This document shows, one piece after another, positions 28,503-38,645 of a stretch of 64,000 nt of DNA (positions are counted from its first letter, which is position 1; every line of letters starts with the position of its first letter). Under the pieces are notes generated by a model, which worked only from the letters and a program-made list of their open reading frames with translations, was not told the origin of the DNA and made no database searches. Source of the DNA: Flavobacteriales bacterium (GTDB lineage Bacteria; Bacteroidota; Bacteroidia; Palsa-965); assembly GCA_040377305.1 (NCBI GenBank), contig JBEIPA010000006.1, forward strand, positions 64,001 through 128,000, written 5' to 3'. The position numbers were made by a program, and so were the translations under genes.

Positions 28503-30146
28503 GTGAAAAAAGTATTACTACTGATCCCGGTCGCTCTAACCGGGTTCTTCAACTTGGCATACGCACAGATTCCAGGAATGGGTGCCGGACAGATTCACGG
28601 AAATTTCCAGTTTGACGCTGCGTATTACAATCCTGATAGTCTAATCTCTGCTCCTGCTGTTCCGGAGAAAGCGCTTTCGAATGGTTTCGGAAATCTTCTT
28701 TACACCAATGGCAAATTCATGGCTGGTGTTCGCTACGAACATTACCTGAATGTCATGCAAGGTTTTCCGGTAGACTATAAAGGAACAGGCATTCCTTATC
28801 GCTTCGCGACCTATAACAACGATCGTCTCGAAATTACGGTGGGTAACAGCTACGACCAATTCGGTAGCGGATTACTTTACCGTACGTATGAAGAGCGCGG
28901 ACTTGGTTACGATAATTCACTCGACGGAATGCGAATTCGTTTCAATCCTTACCGCGGGGTTTATGTTAAAGGTGTATGGGGTCGTCAGCGTGCGTTCTTC
29001 TCGTATGCTCCCGGAGTTGTTCGGGGTTTCGATGGAGAAATTAACATTAATGAATTTGCGGGCCACAAAATGGATTCGGTGAAAACAACATTCATCGTCG
29101 GAGGAAGTTTTGTGAGCAAATACCAACTCGATCAGAACCCGTTTCTGATTTATCCGCAAAACGTGGGTTCGTGGGCAGGACGGGCAAACATCATCTCGAA
29201 ACGCTGGAATATATTCGGGGAATATGCTTACAAGATCAATGATCCTTCACTGGCGAATAACTATATCTACAAACCGGGAACCGCCTTGTTCGTTTCTGCG
29301 AGCTATGCTCAGAAAGGATTAGGAATACTTGTTTCCATGAAGCAGATCGATAACTTTTCATACCGCTCGGATCGTGATGCGGCAGGAGTAAGTTCAATGA
29401 TCAATTACTTGCCGGCGCTTACGAAACAGCACACGTATCAGCTTGCTGCGTTTTACCCTTATGCAACTCAACCTACAGGAGAAACAGGATTCCAGGCTGA
29501 GCTTGGATACAAATTCAAGAAGGGCACCAAGCTTGGTGGCAAATACGGAACAAGTGTTTCATTGAATTACGGTTCTGCGTACGGTCTCGACACGACAGTG
29601 ATAGTTGAAGACGACACTGCCAGAATGGGCTATACAACGAACTACTTCGGTCTTGGCGATTTGTATTTCCAGGATATCAACATTGAAATCTACAAGAAGT
29701 TCAGTCCGAAATTCAAAGGAACGTTCTTGTATAGCTTCAACACCTACAACAAGAATATTATCGAAGGGAAGATTGATTATCCGCTGCTTCACTCACATAT
29801 CGTTGTGTTCGATCTGATTTATACTGCAAGTGACAAGCTCACGATCAGAACGGATCTTGAGCATATGTACACCGAACACGACTATGGTAGTTGGGGTCTC
29901 GCACTCATTGAATTCACCATGGGCGAGCACTTCTTTGCTGCAGCAATGGATCAATACAACTACGGCAACGAAGATCCTGAACACCGCATTCATTATGTAA
30001 ACGCTCAAGTAGGATACTACTGGGGAACTAACCGAATTGTACTGGGCTATGGTAAGCAGCGTGCAGGCATTTTCTGCGTTGGTGGTGTGTGTCGCTTCGT
30101 ACCTGCTTCAAACGGTTTCGCAATGACGATTACAAGCTCATTTTAA
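28503..30146 (+). CDS. DUF6029-like outer-membrane beta-barrel protein
   Basis: Signal peptide; YDQFGSGL..R.YE.R.LG.DNS; C-terminal GKQRAGIFCVGGVCR.VPA.NG ending in F; family recognised from memory. Confidence 0.78.
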   Translation: MKKVLLLIPVALTGFFNLAYAQIPGMGAGQIHGNFQFDAAYYNPDSLISAPAVPEKALSNGFGNLLYTNGKFMAGVRYEHYLNVMQGFPVDYKGTGIPYRFATYNNDRLEITVGNSYDQFGSGLLYRTYEERGLGYDNSLDGMRIRFNPYRGVYVKGVWGRQRAFFSYAPGVVRGFDGEININEFAGHKMDSVKTTFIVGGSFVSKYQLDQNPFLIYPQNVGSWAGRANIISKRWNIFGEYAYKINDPSLANNYIYKPGTALFVSASYAQKGLGILVSMKQIDNFSYRSDRDAAGVSSMINYLPALTKQHTYQLAAFYPYATQPTGETGFQAELGYKFKKGTKLGGKYGTSVSLNYGSAYGLDTTVIVEDDTARMGYTTNYFGLGDLYFQDINIEIYKKFSPKFKGTFLYSFNTYNKNIIEGKIDYPLLHSHIVVFDLIYTASDKLTIRTDLEHMYTEHDYGSWGLALIEFTMGEHFFAAAMDQYNYGNEDPEHRIHYVNAQVGYYWGTNRIVLGYGKQRAGIFCVGGVCRFVPASNGFAMTITSSF

Positions 30147-30172
30147 CAATTGCTTTGCTTAACTTTAAGACA

Positions 30173-31051
30173 ATGAAAATCTCAAAAATTATAATCCCGC
30201 TTGCGTTCCTTGTGGGAGCGTTGTCCTTTGTGAAATGCGACTACGTTGCCGATCCGGATACGATGCCCACTGTAGCTGCATTTGACACAACTAAACGAAA
30301 CGCTATTATTGAAGAGTGGACTGGTCATACATGCATCGCGTGTCCTGCTGCAGCGCGCCTGATTGATACGTTGAAGACAGTTTATGCTGAACGCTTCGTT
30401 GCAATTTCAATTCACGATGGATTCTTCGCAATGTGTCCACCCCTTGCAATGCCCGGTTGTGGCGCTGGTCATCCGGGAGCATTCTCCACCGATCTTGAGT
30501 GCCCAACTGCTGCGAGCTACACATCACTACACCCAACAGGTCCTAATTCGCCACCTATGGGAATGGTGAATCGTCTCGGAATGCCGAACAATGAAGTCAA
30601 ACCCCGCGGCTTATGGGCAGGGCTTGTCGACAGCATTATACAGGAAGATGCAATATGTTCTATTCACATTGACCACACTTACAATTCGGGAACCCGTCAG
30701 GTAACTGCCACCGTTCGCGGAACCTGGTTGATGACTCACAGCAATAACCTGAATGTTGCCATCATGCTCACTGAAAGCGGAATGGTTGGATGGCAGACGG
30801 ATGGAACTGCATGTGATTCTCAGTTTGTATTCAATGATGCTGTTCGCGAGTGCCTGAACACGCCAGGTTCAATTGTCGGGACATCACTTACTACTGCGCC
30901 AACGTTGATCGGATCTACATACTCATACGCGCTTACATCACCTTACACCCTGCCCGCTCAATTCAACGAAGCAGGTTGTCACCTTGTTGCAATCATCTAT
31001 GATACTGTAACCGGTGAGGTAATGCAGTGCTGGGAAGAACATTTGCAGTAG
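30173..31051 (+). CDS. Omp28-family thioredoxin-like lipoprotein
   Basis: EEWTGHTCIACP, AISIH, P.GMVNR; signal ending in Cys followed by acidic DYVADPD; ATG at 30173. Confidence 0.85.
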   Translation: MKISKIIIPLAFLVGALSFVKCDYVADPDTMPTVAAFDTTKRNAIIEEWTGHTCIACPAAARLIDTLKTVYAERFVAISIHDGFFAMCPPLAMPGCGAGHPGAFSTDLECPTAASYTSLHPTGPNSPPMGMVNRLGMPNNEVKPRGLWAGLVDSIIQEDAICSIHIDHTYNSGTRQVTATVRGTWLMTHSNNLNVAIMLTESGMVGWQTDGTACDSQFVFNDAVRECLNTPGSIVGTSLTTAPTLIGSTYSYALTSPYTLPAQFNEAGCHLVAIIYDTVTGEVMQCWEEHLQ

Positions 31052-31084
31052 GCAGTAGTGCAGTCGGCAGTCAAAAAAAATAAC

Positions 31085-31115
31085 AAGGGTCGCGAAAGTG
31101 GCCCTTTCTTCTTTT
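31085..31115 (+). terminator. Terminator of the TlpA-DUF6029-Omp28 operon
   Basis: aagggtcgc-gaaa-gtggccctt followed by a T-rich tail. Confidence 0.75.
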
Positions 31116-31196
31116 CACACCAACAGAATCAGTTTCTTACCGCGCGCTGAAGCCATCGGCCACAACTGACTGCCACTTCTTCAGTATCTTTGCAAC

Positions 31197-31829
31197 ATGC
31201 GCAAACTCCTCTTGTTCGCATTCATGATCTTCTGCGGAACTCTTTCCGCACAGAAAACATTTTCTGCGGGAATGATCGCTGGCATAAACGGCTGTCAGAT
31301 TCACGGCGATGGATACTCCGGTTTCGACCAAATTGGCTTTGTGCTCGGAGGATTTGTACACAGCAACCCCGGAGAGAAATGGCAAGGGCAATTCGGAATA
31401 CAGTATTCGAGAAAAGGAAGTCGGCATGTTGTGCCACGCAACATGGGTGGTTATCGCGACTTCGAAATCCGACTCAACTATATTGACATTCCGCTAAACG
31501 CGCGTTACAACACCAAGAAAGTGTTCTTCGATCTGGGCGTTTCATTTGGTGTGATGTTTAAAGCACGCACCTGGGATGCAAACGGAGAAACAACTCCGCA
31601 GGAATTCAAAGGTTGGGAATTTGCATTGGTGAATGGAATCGGTTACAACGTGAATGACTATATGTTCATTGAACTCACAACTTCCAATTCACTTATACCA
31701 ATTAAGAATTTTCAGGTGCCCGTTTATAATTACGCGAATGTCATTGCGCGCATGTTCAACCGTGGCATGTACAACAACTTACTAGGCGTGATGTTTGGTT
31801 TTCGTTTTGGAGGAGCTGGTGGTGAGTAA
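31197..31829 (+). CDS. Outer-membrane beta-barrel protein (OMP_b-brl_2/PorT-like family)
   Basis: AGIN..QI.GD..SGF, YSRKGS, LNYIDIP; TATCTTTG at 31185-31192. Confidence 0.75.
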   Translation: MRKLLLFAFMIFCGTLSAQKTFSAGMIAGINGCQIHGDGYSGFDQIGFVLGGFVHSNPGEKWQGQFGIQYSRKGSRHVVPRNMGGYRDFEIRLNYIDIPLNARYNTKKVFFDLGVSFGVMFKARTWDANGETTPQEFKGWEFALVNGIGYNVNDYMFIELTTSNSLIPIKNFQVPVYNYANVIARMFNRGMYNNLLGVMFGFRFGGAGGE

Positions 31830-32385
31830 ACATAAAATCGTTGTTGCAATATCGGGTGCGAGCGGATCGATCTATGCGAAAGTTCTGCTCGACAAACTCG
31901 TTGCGCTAAGTGATCAGATTGAAGAAGTAGGCGTGGTGATGTCGGATAATGCGAAAGAGATCTGGCTGAAAGAGATCGGAAAATCATCGTACGACAACTA
32001 TACGTTCAGGTTTTGGAATAAGATGGATTTCAACGCACCGTTTGCGTCGGGTTCATCGAGCTACAAAACCATGATTATCGTACCGTGCTCGATGGGAACT
32101 CTCGGGAGAATATCAGCCGGCATCAGCAACGACTTAATTGCCCGTGCTGCCGATGTGATGCTTAAAGAACGTCGCCGCTTGATTCTGGTGACACGTGACA
32201 CGCCCTTGGGCATCATCCACATCAATAACATGAAGGCGGTCACTGAGGCCGGTGGAATCATCTGCCCGGCGTCTCCGTCTTTTTACAGCAATCCCAAAAA
32301 TTTCGAAGAACTTGCTTCTACGGTTATTGACCGCGTGATCGACCTCGCTGGTTTGGAGCAAAATACCTTCAGATGGGGCGAATGA
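31822..32385 (+). CDS. ubiX: Flavin prenyltransferase UbiX
   Basis: AISGASGSIY, ASGS, PCSMGTL, RAADVMLKERR, PSFY; GTG start at 31822. Confidence 0.93.
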   Translation: MSKHKIVVAISGASGSIYAKVLLDKLVALSDQIEEVGVVMSDNAKEIWLKEIGKSSYDNYTFRFWNKMDFNAPFASGSSSYKTMIIVPCSMGTLGRISAGISNDLIARAADVMLKERRRLILVTRDTPLGIIHINNMKAVTEAGGIICPASPSFYSNPKNFEELASTVIDRVIDLAGLEQNTFRWGE

Positions 32386-32616
32386 TTCCAAAATTCAAAA
32401 TAACTGGTCGGTACTAAACGACAATGCATAAGAAAGGTGCGCTGTTCACTCGTCCCGAATCCTTGAATTTTTGAATTTTTCGTTCTGAAAGACAATAAGT
32501 TACCGAGCCCTAACCTTCCCTTTTAGGAATATTAACCATGTGAATGTATCTTGGGTAGGCAGTTAGCCGTTAAAGCATTGTTGAATTCTTTCAACCGTTG
32601 TAAAGTAGAGAAGATT

Positions 32617-32811
32617 ATGCTTGAATTCAGTAAACACATCCTCAAGAGCGTTAGTTTCGACCGAGCTCTGTTCCAGAAAGAACTGATGAAAATGCTCTCC
32701 CGTTTAAAACCAGATGAAGCCACGCTTCTAAAGGCCTGGGCACTTGCGACTTTCGGTCACGTATATGGTGATATGATTCAGGAAGCGTATCGTTCTATTA
32801 CGAGGGCTTAA
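32617..32811 (+). CDS. Small hypothetical protein resembling a conserved Bacteroidota family
   Basis: [24 protein letters not shown]...L...E...LK.W pattern recognised from memory; ATG at 32617. Confidence 0.7.
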   Translation: MLEFSKHILKSVSFDRALFQKELMKMLSRLKPDEATLLKAWALATFGHVYGDMIQEAYRSITRA

Positions 32812-33727
32812 GAAAAGAGATATTTCTTTTCAACCCATCAAACTTCGCGCGCTTCACTGCCGATCTGCGAAACAATTCGCGGAAGACATCTTCTGTGATT
32901 TCTTCCCACTCCGCTTTGGATTTGCCGAGCAGTTCCGGATTTGGCGAAAATTCTGCAATGTTGTGAGGTTTAGAAAAACGATTCCACGGACAAACGTCCT
33001 GGCAGATATCGCAGCCAAACATCCAGTTCTGAAATTTTCCTTTTTCATCAGGAGGAATCGCATCCTTGAGTTCAATGGTGAAATAGGAAATGCATTTGCT
33101 GCCGTCGACAACATACGGTGAAACAATTGCATCCGTCGGACACGCATCAATGCAACGCGTACATGTTCCGCAAAAATCTCCGGTCGGTGAATCAGTAATC
33201 AACTCGATATCCAGTATCAATTCTGCCACGAAGAAAAACGATCCTGAATTCTTATTGATGAGATTACTGTTCTTCCCAATCCAACCCAGTCCGCTGCGCT
33301 TTGCCCATGCCTTATCGAGCACCGGTGCTGAATCAACAAACGCGCGTCCTCCTATACTCCTCCCAATTTTTTCTTCGAGCGTGTTCAGCATCTCCCGCAA
33401 CTTCGATTTGATTATCAGGTGATAATCTTCGCCATATGCGTACTTCGAAATTTTCGGTGCCGATTCATCCTGCTGTTTTTCTTCTGTGTAGTAATTAAGA
33501 AGTAACGACACTACACTTTTTGCTCCGGGAACAAGCCTGGTCGGATCCAAACGCAAGTCGAAATGATTCGCCATGTAAGCCATTTCACCGTGCATGTTTT
33601 TCTTGAGCCAGTTCTCCAGTCGCGGCGCTTCATCCTCGAGAAATTCTGCTTTGGAAATTCCGCAATACTCAAAGCCCAGACGTTTCGCTTCGTCTTTGAC
33701 AATTGCAGTATGCTGCTGGAGATTCAC
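32798..33727 (-). CDS. queG: tRNA epoxyqueuosine reductase
   Basis: [57 protein letters not shown]. Confidence 0.96.
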   Translation of the reverse strand: MNLQQHTAIVKDEAKRLGFEYCGISKAEFLEDEAPRLENWLKKNMHGEMAYMANHFDLRLDPTRLVPGAKSVVSLLLNYYTEEKQQDESAPKISKYAYGEDYHLIIKSKLREMLNTLEEKIGRSIGGRAFVDSAPVLDKAWAKRSGLGWIGKNSNLINKNSGSFFFVAELILDIELITDSPTGDFCGTCTRCIDACPTDAIVSPYVVDGSKCISYFTIELKDAIPPDEKGKFQNWMFGCDICQDVCPWNRFSKPHNIAEFSPNPELLGKSKAEWEEITEDVFRELFRRSAVKRAKFDGLKRNISFLKPS

Positions 33728-33867
33728 CAGATAAAATTACGCAACCGCAGTGGATGATCGGATGATTGAATTATAGAATGATAAGATTAACCGACGTAAA
33801 ACACCTATTGCCCCATTCAATCATTAAATCTTCCAGTCATTTTATGATCAATTGCTACTTTTATCCC

Positions 33868-34668
33868 ATGGCTAGCATTCTCGTTTGTACCGATTTTTCT
33901 CACGGCAGCAAAAACGCTGTGAAGTACGCTTCTAAACTCGCAGCAGCGTTAGACGTTGAACTCCTGCTCGTACACATTATTCATCGTCCGGAAGAACCAA
34001 AGCTCACGAAACAGGAAGACATTGAAATCAATGCACAACTTATCCTCGCTGCGCAGGATTTGAAAAAGAATTTCAAAATTAAGGTGCGCACCGATAAACG
34101 GGAGGGAGTTCCTGTTGAGCAGATCCTTTCTATCGCGAAGAAAAATAATGTGTCGCTCATTGTTACCGGCTCCAAGGAAACGGCAGCAGGCAGCGGACTT
34201 GTTGGCGGACTCGTGTACGATCTCATGCACGCCAGTCTCTACCCGATTCTCGCAGTGCCAATGGGCTGCACGTTCACACCGTATCATGAAATTGTTTTGG
34301 CGATGGATCCAAAAAGTCGGAACGACTACGACGATAGCGCTTTGGTGAATTTTATTCTTGCATTCCATTCTTCCCTGGTAATTACTGCGATTGCGGAACC
34401 AGGCACCAAAGACAAAGTGCTGAGAGATGCTTCAACGGTGGCTATTGAAATGCGTTACGCTGAAATGATGCACATGATTCAGGTAATAGAAAACGATAGT
34501 CTCGAGAAAGGTGTGCAAAAAGCGATCAAGGATAATGATGCCGAGTTGCTCGTAATCGTTCCGCACAGAAATCATTACATCGATAGAATGATGCGATTGA
34601 CAAAAACACAGAAGGTGCTGAAGAATATCAATGTGCCGCTGCTGACGCTGCCGCGGGTGCTCCAATGA
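33868..34668 (+). CDS. Universal stress protein (tandem Usp domains)
   Basis: ILVCTDFS..S.NA..YA, LIVTGS, PILAVP, VPLLTLP; ATG at 33868. Confidence 0.88.
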   Translation: MASILVCTDFSHGSKNAVKYASKLAAALDVELLLVHIIHRPEEPKLTKQEDIEINAQLILAAQDLKKNFKIKVRTDKREGVPVEQILSIAKKNNVSLIVTGSKETAAGSGLVGGLVYDLMHASLYPILAVPMGCTFTPYHEIVLAMDPKSRNDYDDSALVNFILAFHSSLVITAIAEPGTKDKVLRDASTVAIEMRYAEMMHMIQVIENDSLEKGVQKAIKDNDAELLVIVPHRNHYIDRMMRLTKTQKVLKNINVPLLTLPRVLQ

Positions 34669-34719
34669 TTTGCTCACTCCGTTCGCAAAAGAAAAAAGGG
34701 AGGTTGGGCGGACTGGCTG

Positions 34720-34760
34720 GCAATACATATTTGGCTCCGCTGGAGCCAAATATGTATTGC
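34720..34760. repeat. REP-like perfect 19-bp hairpin
   Basis: gcaatacatatttggctcc-gct-ggagccaaatatgtattgc. Confidence 0.8.
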
Positions 34761-34910
34761 TAAAAATCACCCTTCCCTTCCCCCATTTCCTTTAGACGCG
34801 CAGCGGCGTAAACAGAATCTTACATAGATAATCCTTATGGCTGTATAGACGCCGCATGTTGCATTCCCCTTCAGCAACACCGTACCTTTGTACTCAAGAA
34901 AGGATAAACT

Positions 34911-35786
34911 ATGAGTACTAAATCAGTTGAAGCAATCATCGCTCCGCCACCAGTGCATTTTGTAGGCGATGGATTCAGAGTTCACAATTTCATTCCCGGG
35001 AATGGACGGTTATCCATGCAGCGAATGAGTCCGTTCATTATGCTGGATTACAATTCGCCCTTCTATTTTTCACCTACCGACACTCCGCGTGGGGTTGGCA
35101 TACATCCTCACCGTGGATTTGAAACCGTTACGATCGCATACAAAGGAAAAGTTGCGCATCACGATAGTGCAGGTCACAGTGGAATTATCGGAGAGGGTGA
35201 TGTGCAGTGGATGACAGCGGCTTCCGGTATTCTTCACAAAGAATATCACGAAACAGAGTTCGCAAAAGCGGGGGGTGATTTTCAGATGGTGCAGTTGTGG
35301 GTAAATCTTCCAGCGAAGGACAAAATGTCCAAACCGAAATACCAGGAACTGGTAAACGCTTCGATGGGGAAATCTGAATTGCCGAATGACGCGGGCACCG
35401 TTGAAGTGATCGCTGGAAAATTCGGAAGCACAAAAGGACCTGCCTCTACATTCACTCCGGTGAATCTGATGAACGCGAAACTGAACAAAGAAGGAAAAGC
35501 AGTGTTCAATTTTCCATCCGCTTACAATACAGCGATTGTTGTGATTGAAGGCACAGTAAAAGTGAATGGCAATGAAGCGATTGCAAATAGCTTCGTGTTG
35601 ATGGCCAACGACGGTGAAGAATTTGTGGTGGAAGCGACTGAGCAATCGCAAATACTCCTTCTTAGCGGAGAGCCGATTCACGAACCAATTGCAGCACATG
35701 GCCCGTTTGTAATGAACACGCGTGAAGAAATTGTTCAGGCTGTGGAAGATTACAATCGCGGGATGTTCGGTCTCCTTGCGGACTAA
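34911..35786 (+). CDS. Pirin family protein
   Basis: HPHRGFETVT, H.DS.G, VQWMTA.SGI.H.E, QLWVNLP, GPFVMNT; TACCTTTG at 34883-34890. Confidence 0.95.
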   Translation: MSTKSVEAIIAPPPVHFVGDGFRVHNFIPGNGRLSMQRMSPFIMLDYNSPFYFSPTDTPRGVGIHPHRGFETVTIAYKGKVAHHDSAGHSGIIGEGDVQWMTAASGILHKEYHETEFAKAGGDFQMVQLWVNLPAKDKMSKPKYQELVNASMGKSELPNDAGTVEVIAGKFGSTKGPASTFTPVNLMNAKLNKEGKAVFNFPSAYNTAIVVIEGTVKVNGNEAIANSFVLMANDGEEFVVEATEQSQILLLSGEPIHEPIAAHGPFVMNTREEIVQAVEDYNRGMFGLLAD

Positions 35787-35844
35787 CAGTACGCAGAATG
35801 AAGTGCGCAGTACGCAGTTAGCATTACTGCTTACTGCGCACTGA

Positions 35845-36021
35845 TTACTTTTTGTCTTTAGGCGGCGGTATCAACACAACCGACAAAAGCACAACGACAG
35901 CCATAACACCGAGCGCTACGCCCAGTGATACTTTTGAGTTCACGACTCCTGTGTAAAAAAGCAAGATTAACATTGCTACGGAAACGCCGAGCACGGAAAT
36001 CCATTTGTTGAGTGGTTTCAT
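35845..36021 (-). CDS. Small two-TM membrane protein (58 aa), absent from the ORF track
   Basis: MKPLNKWISVLGVSVAMLILLFYTGVVNSKVSLGVALGVMAVVVLLSVVLIPPPKDKK; paralog of the adjacent ORF. Confidence 0.82.
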   Translation of the reverse strand: MKPLNKWISVLGVSVAMLILLFYTGVVNSKVSLGVALGVMAVVVLLSVVLIPPPKDKK

Positions 36022-36022
36022 A

Positions 36023-36196
36023 CTATTCTTCTTTATGAGGAGGTGAAATAAATACTGACAGAAACAGGAGCAGGGAAAATATCGTCAACACTACTCCTAC
36101 TGTTAATTTCGAATTCAAAACGCCCGTATAGTGTAAGGCGAGAAATAACGCCACGATTGCAACCGAAGTCGGAATCCAATTCTTAAACATTTTCAT
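36023..36196 (-). CDS. Small two-TM membrane protein (57 aa), absent from the ORF track
   Basis: MKMFKNWIPTSVAIVALFLALHYTGVLNSKLTVGVVLTIFSLLLFLSVFISPPHKEE; starts 12 nt after the MCE gene stop. Confidence 0.82.
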   Translation of the reverse strand: MKMFKNWIPTSVAIVALFLALHYTGVLNSKLTVGVVLTIFSLLLFLSVFISPPHKEE

Positions 36197-36208
36197 CTTT
36201 CATCACAA

Positions 36209-36862
36209 TTACTTATCCTTCTCCTTTTTCTTCCCACCGAACTGGAACCCCTTCACGAGAAAGCTATTTGAAAAAGCTTCCAGACTTTCACTCAGGTTGT
36301 ACGAAGCGTTACGAAGATTATTCGCAATTGCTGTATCGCTCACCACCATCCACAATGCACTGCTGTCGAGTTTCTCACTCATGCTCTTGACGTTGTCGGT
36401 GATTTCCTTGAGGTTATTATTTGTAATCGACAATGTGCGCGTGGTTTCATCCATGCTGATTGCATTCTGCGATTTAATCATGGCATACTCCTTTACGGGC
36501 GGAGTTCCATCTCCGTATGAAGTAATGGTTACGAGTTTGTTGCCCATCATACCATCGTTGCTCAGCATAGCCACCGAACTCGAATGAATATTGTTGCGGT
36601 ATTGTTCATCAATACGCATGTACACGAGAATCGAAGTGTCATTTACTACTTCCACTTTCTCCACGGTGCCCACGTCAATTCCTCCAAAGCGAACATTGTT
36701 TCCTGCGGTAAGTCCGCTGACGTCGCGAAACTGAGCAGTAATCATGAACGTATCGCCAAAGAGATTCTTCTTGTCGCCGATCAGATACAGTCCAACCATG
36801 AATACAATTGCTGTAACCAGAACCAACGCTCCTAGCTTGATATTATTTCCTTTTGTTTTCAT
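36209..36862 (-). CDS. MCE/MlaD family protein
   Basis: N-terminal TM; F.DVSGL..G..VRFGGIDVGTV; DGMMGNKLV.I. Confidence 0.9.
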   Translation of the reverse strand: MKTKGNNIKLGALVLVTAIVFMVGLYLIGDKKNLFGDTFMITAQFRDVSGLTAGNNVRFGGIDVGTVEKVEVVNDTSILVYMRIDEQYRNNIHSSSVAMLSNDGMMGNKLVTITSYGDGTPPVKEYAMIKSQNAISMDETTRTLSITNNNLKEITDNVKSMSEKLDSSALWMVVSDTAIANNLRNASYNLSESLEAFSNSFLVKGFQFGGKKKEKDK

Positions 36863-37619
36863 GAGCCTGATGAAAAAACTGTTTTACTTTTTCGTCTTCC
36901 GATTTTTCAAGTTCTTCGTACGTTCCTATTGCGTGACACTTTCCATCGATCAGAACTGCAATACGGTCTGAAATAGTTTCAGCGCAATGCATATCATGTG
37001 AAATAATCAACGCTGATGTGTTGTACTTCTCTCTGATCTCAACAATCAGATCACTGATCTCCGAACCGGTTACAACGTCCAGACCTGAAGTCGGTTCGTC
37101 GTAGAAAATAATTTCCGGTTTGAGCATCAATGTGCGCGCCAGTGAAATCCGCTTCTTCATTCCACCCGATAACTCGGATGGATATTGATCGACGGTTTTC
37201 TCAAGGCCAACATTCTTCAATGCTTCCATCACCAACTCCTCAGTCTCGCCCGGGGATTTTTGCTCCTCGTCTGTTCTCAACGGAAACGAAAGATTCTCCC
37301 GAATCGTCATTGAATCGTACAAAGCATCGCTCTGGAAAAGGAAACCGATTCTTCTTCGAAGCTGATCGAGTTTTTCCCTTTCCAAAGCGCAGATATCTTC
37401 GCCAAGCACAGTGATCTTGCCTTTATTGGCTTCGATCAACCGCACTATGCATTTAATCAATACAGATTTTCCTGATCCGGATTTGCCGAGCACAACTACA
37501 TTCTCTCTCTGGTTAACTTCCAAAGAAAAATCCTGCAGCACGTGCTTCTCTCCGAACGACAGGCTCAGATTTTCAACCGTTAACACAGGTCCTTCTGTTG
37601 TATGTTGCTTTGTATTCAT
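36843..37619 (-). CDS. ABC transporter ATPase, MlaF/Mkl family
   Basis: GKSGSGKS, FQ..ALYDS, LSGGMKKR, FYDEPTSGLD, ISHD. Confidence 0.92.
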   Translation of the reverse strand: MNTKQHTTEGPVLTVENLSLSFGEKHVLQDFSLEVNQRENVVVLGKSGSGKSVLIKCIVRLIEANKGKITVLGEDICALEREKLDQLRRRIGFLFQSDALYDSMTIRENLSFPLRTDEEQKSPGETEELVMEALKNVGLEKTVDQYPSELSGGMKKRISLARTLMLKPEIIFYDEPTSGLDVVTGSEISDLIVEIREKYNTSALIISHDMHCAETISDRIAVLIDGKCHAIGTYEELEKSEDEKVKQFFHQAHENKRK

Positions 37620-38392
37620 CAGTTCAATCCTAACATTCCGGTTACCTGTACTGCAACTAAATCAAGTATGAACACAATCAGCGAAGCAATAACCACTGCT
37701 GAGTTTGCTGATTGTCCAACACCTTCTGTTCCTTTCGGAGAATTATATCCTTTGTAACATCCAACTACTCCGATCGCAAAACCGAAGAAAAATGTTTTGA
37801 TCACTGCGGGAAACACATCGCTGTATGTTACCGAATCGAATACTTGTGTCCAGTACAAATTCCACGTGAGTTGACCGTACATATCAGCACCGAGATAACT
37901 TCCGTATAGTGCAACCGCGTCGCCAAGAATCACGAGGACGGGAACCATCAATGTAGTTGCCATGATGCGTGTAACAACGAGATATTTAAAGGGATTGGTA
38001 CCAGAAACTTCCATGGCATCAATCTGATCTGTCACTTTCATCGAACCAAGCTCTGCACCAATTCCGGATCCGATTTTCCCCGCACAAATTAATCCGGTTA
38101 CTACCGGTACAATTTCACGTATAAGTGAAACCGAAACCATTTGTGGCAGCCAGGCTTCTGCTCCAAAATCAACGAGCGTTGGTCGCGACTGCATAGTAAT
38201 TACAAGACCGATGATAAATGCTGTTATGGCAACGAGTCCCGCTGATTTGTAACCGACGAAATAAGACTGCCGAAAAAATTCGCGGAATTCATATCGTGGC
38301 TTAAACACTTCCGAAAAAAATCGTCCCGCAAAATGTGAGATCCCTCCGGCTTCATCAAAAAAAGATTTCCAGGCAGGTGTAGTGTTGGTCAT
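37619..38392 (-). CDS. ABC transporter permease, MlaE family
   Basis: REI.PV.TGL, GAELGSMKVTDQIDAMEV, GTEGVG; ATG at 38392. Confidence 0.92.
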   Translation of the reverse strand: MTNTTPAWKSFFDEAGGISHFAGRFFSEVFKPRYEFREFFRQSYFVGYKSAGLVAITAFIIGLVITMQSRPTLVDFGAEAWLPQMVSVSLIREIVPVVTGLICAGKIGSGIGAELGSMKVTDQIDAMEVSGTNPFKYLVVTRIMATTLMVPVLVILGDAVALYGSYLGADMYGQLTWNLYWTQVFDSVTYSDVFPAVIKTFFFGFAIGVVGCYKGYNSPKGTEGVGQSANSAVVIASLIVFILDLVAVQVTGMLGLN

Positions 38393-38645
38393 GCCTCCCC
38401 AGAACGAAAAGTGTGCCTGATATAGTAACCGGAAAATCACACCGTTACATTCTCACCGCGGTTACGCATTGTGGCGTTTTGGGGAATTTCTTTCCCTTGT
38501 CAACATATTCAACAAGTGTTTTATGCTGTCGCTGAACATTCTCAATACGTCTAGAAATTCCTACAACAATTGGAGTGAATTCCATTCCGCCATTGGGTGT
38601 CCAATACTGGCATACTATTTTACTAAGTCGACTAACATATTCTAC

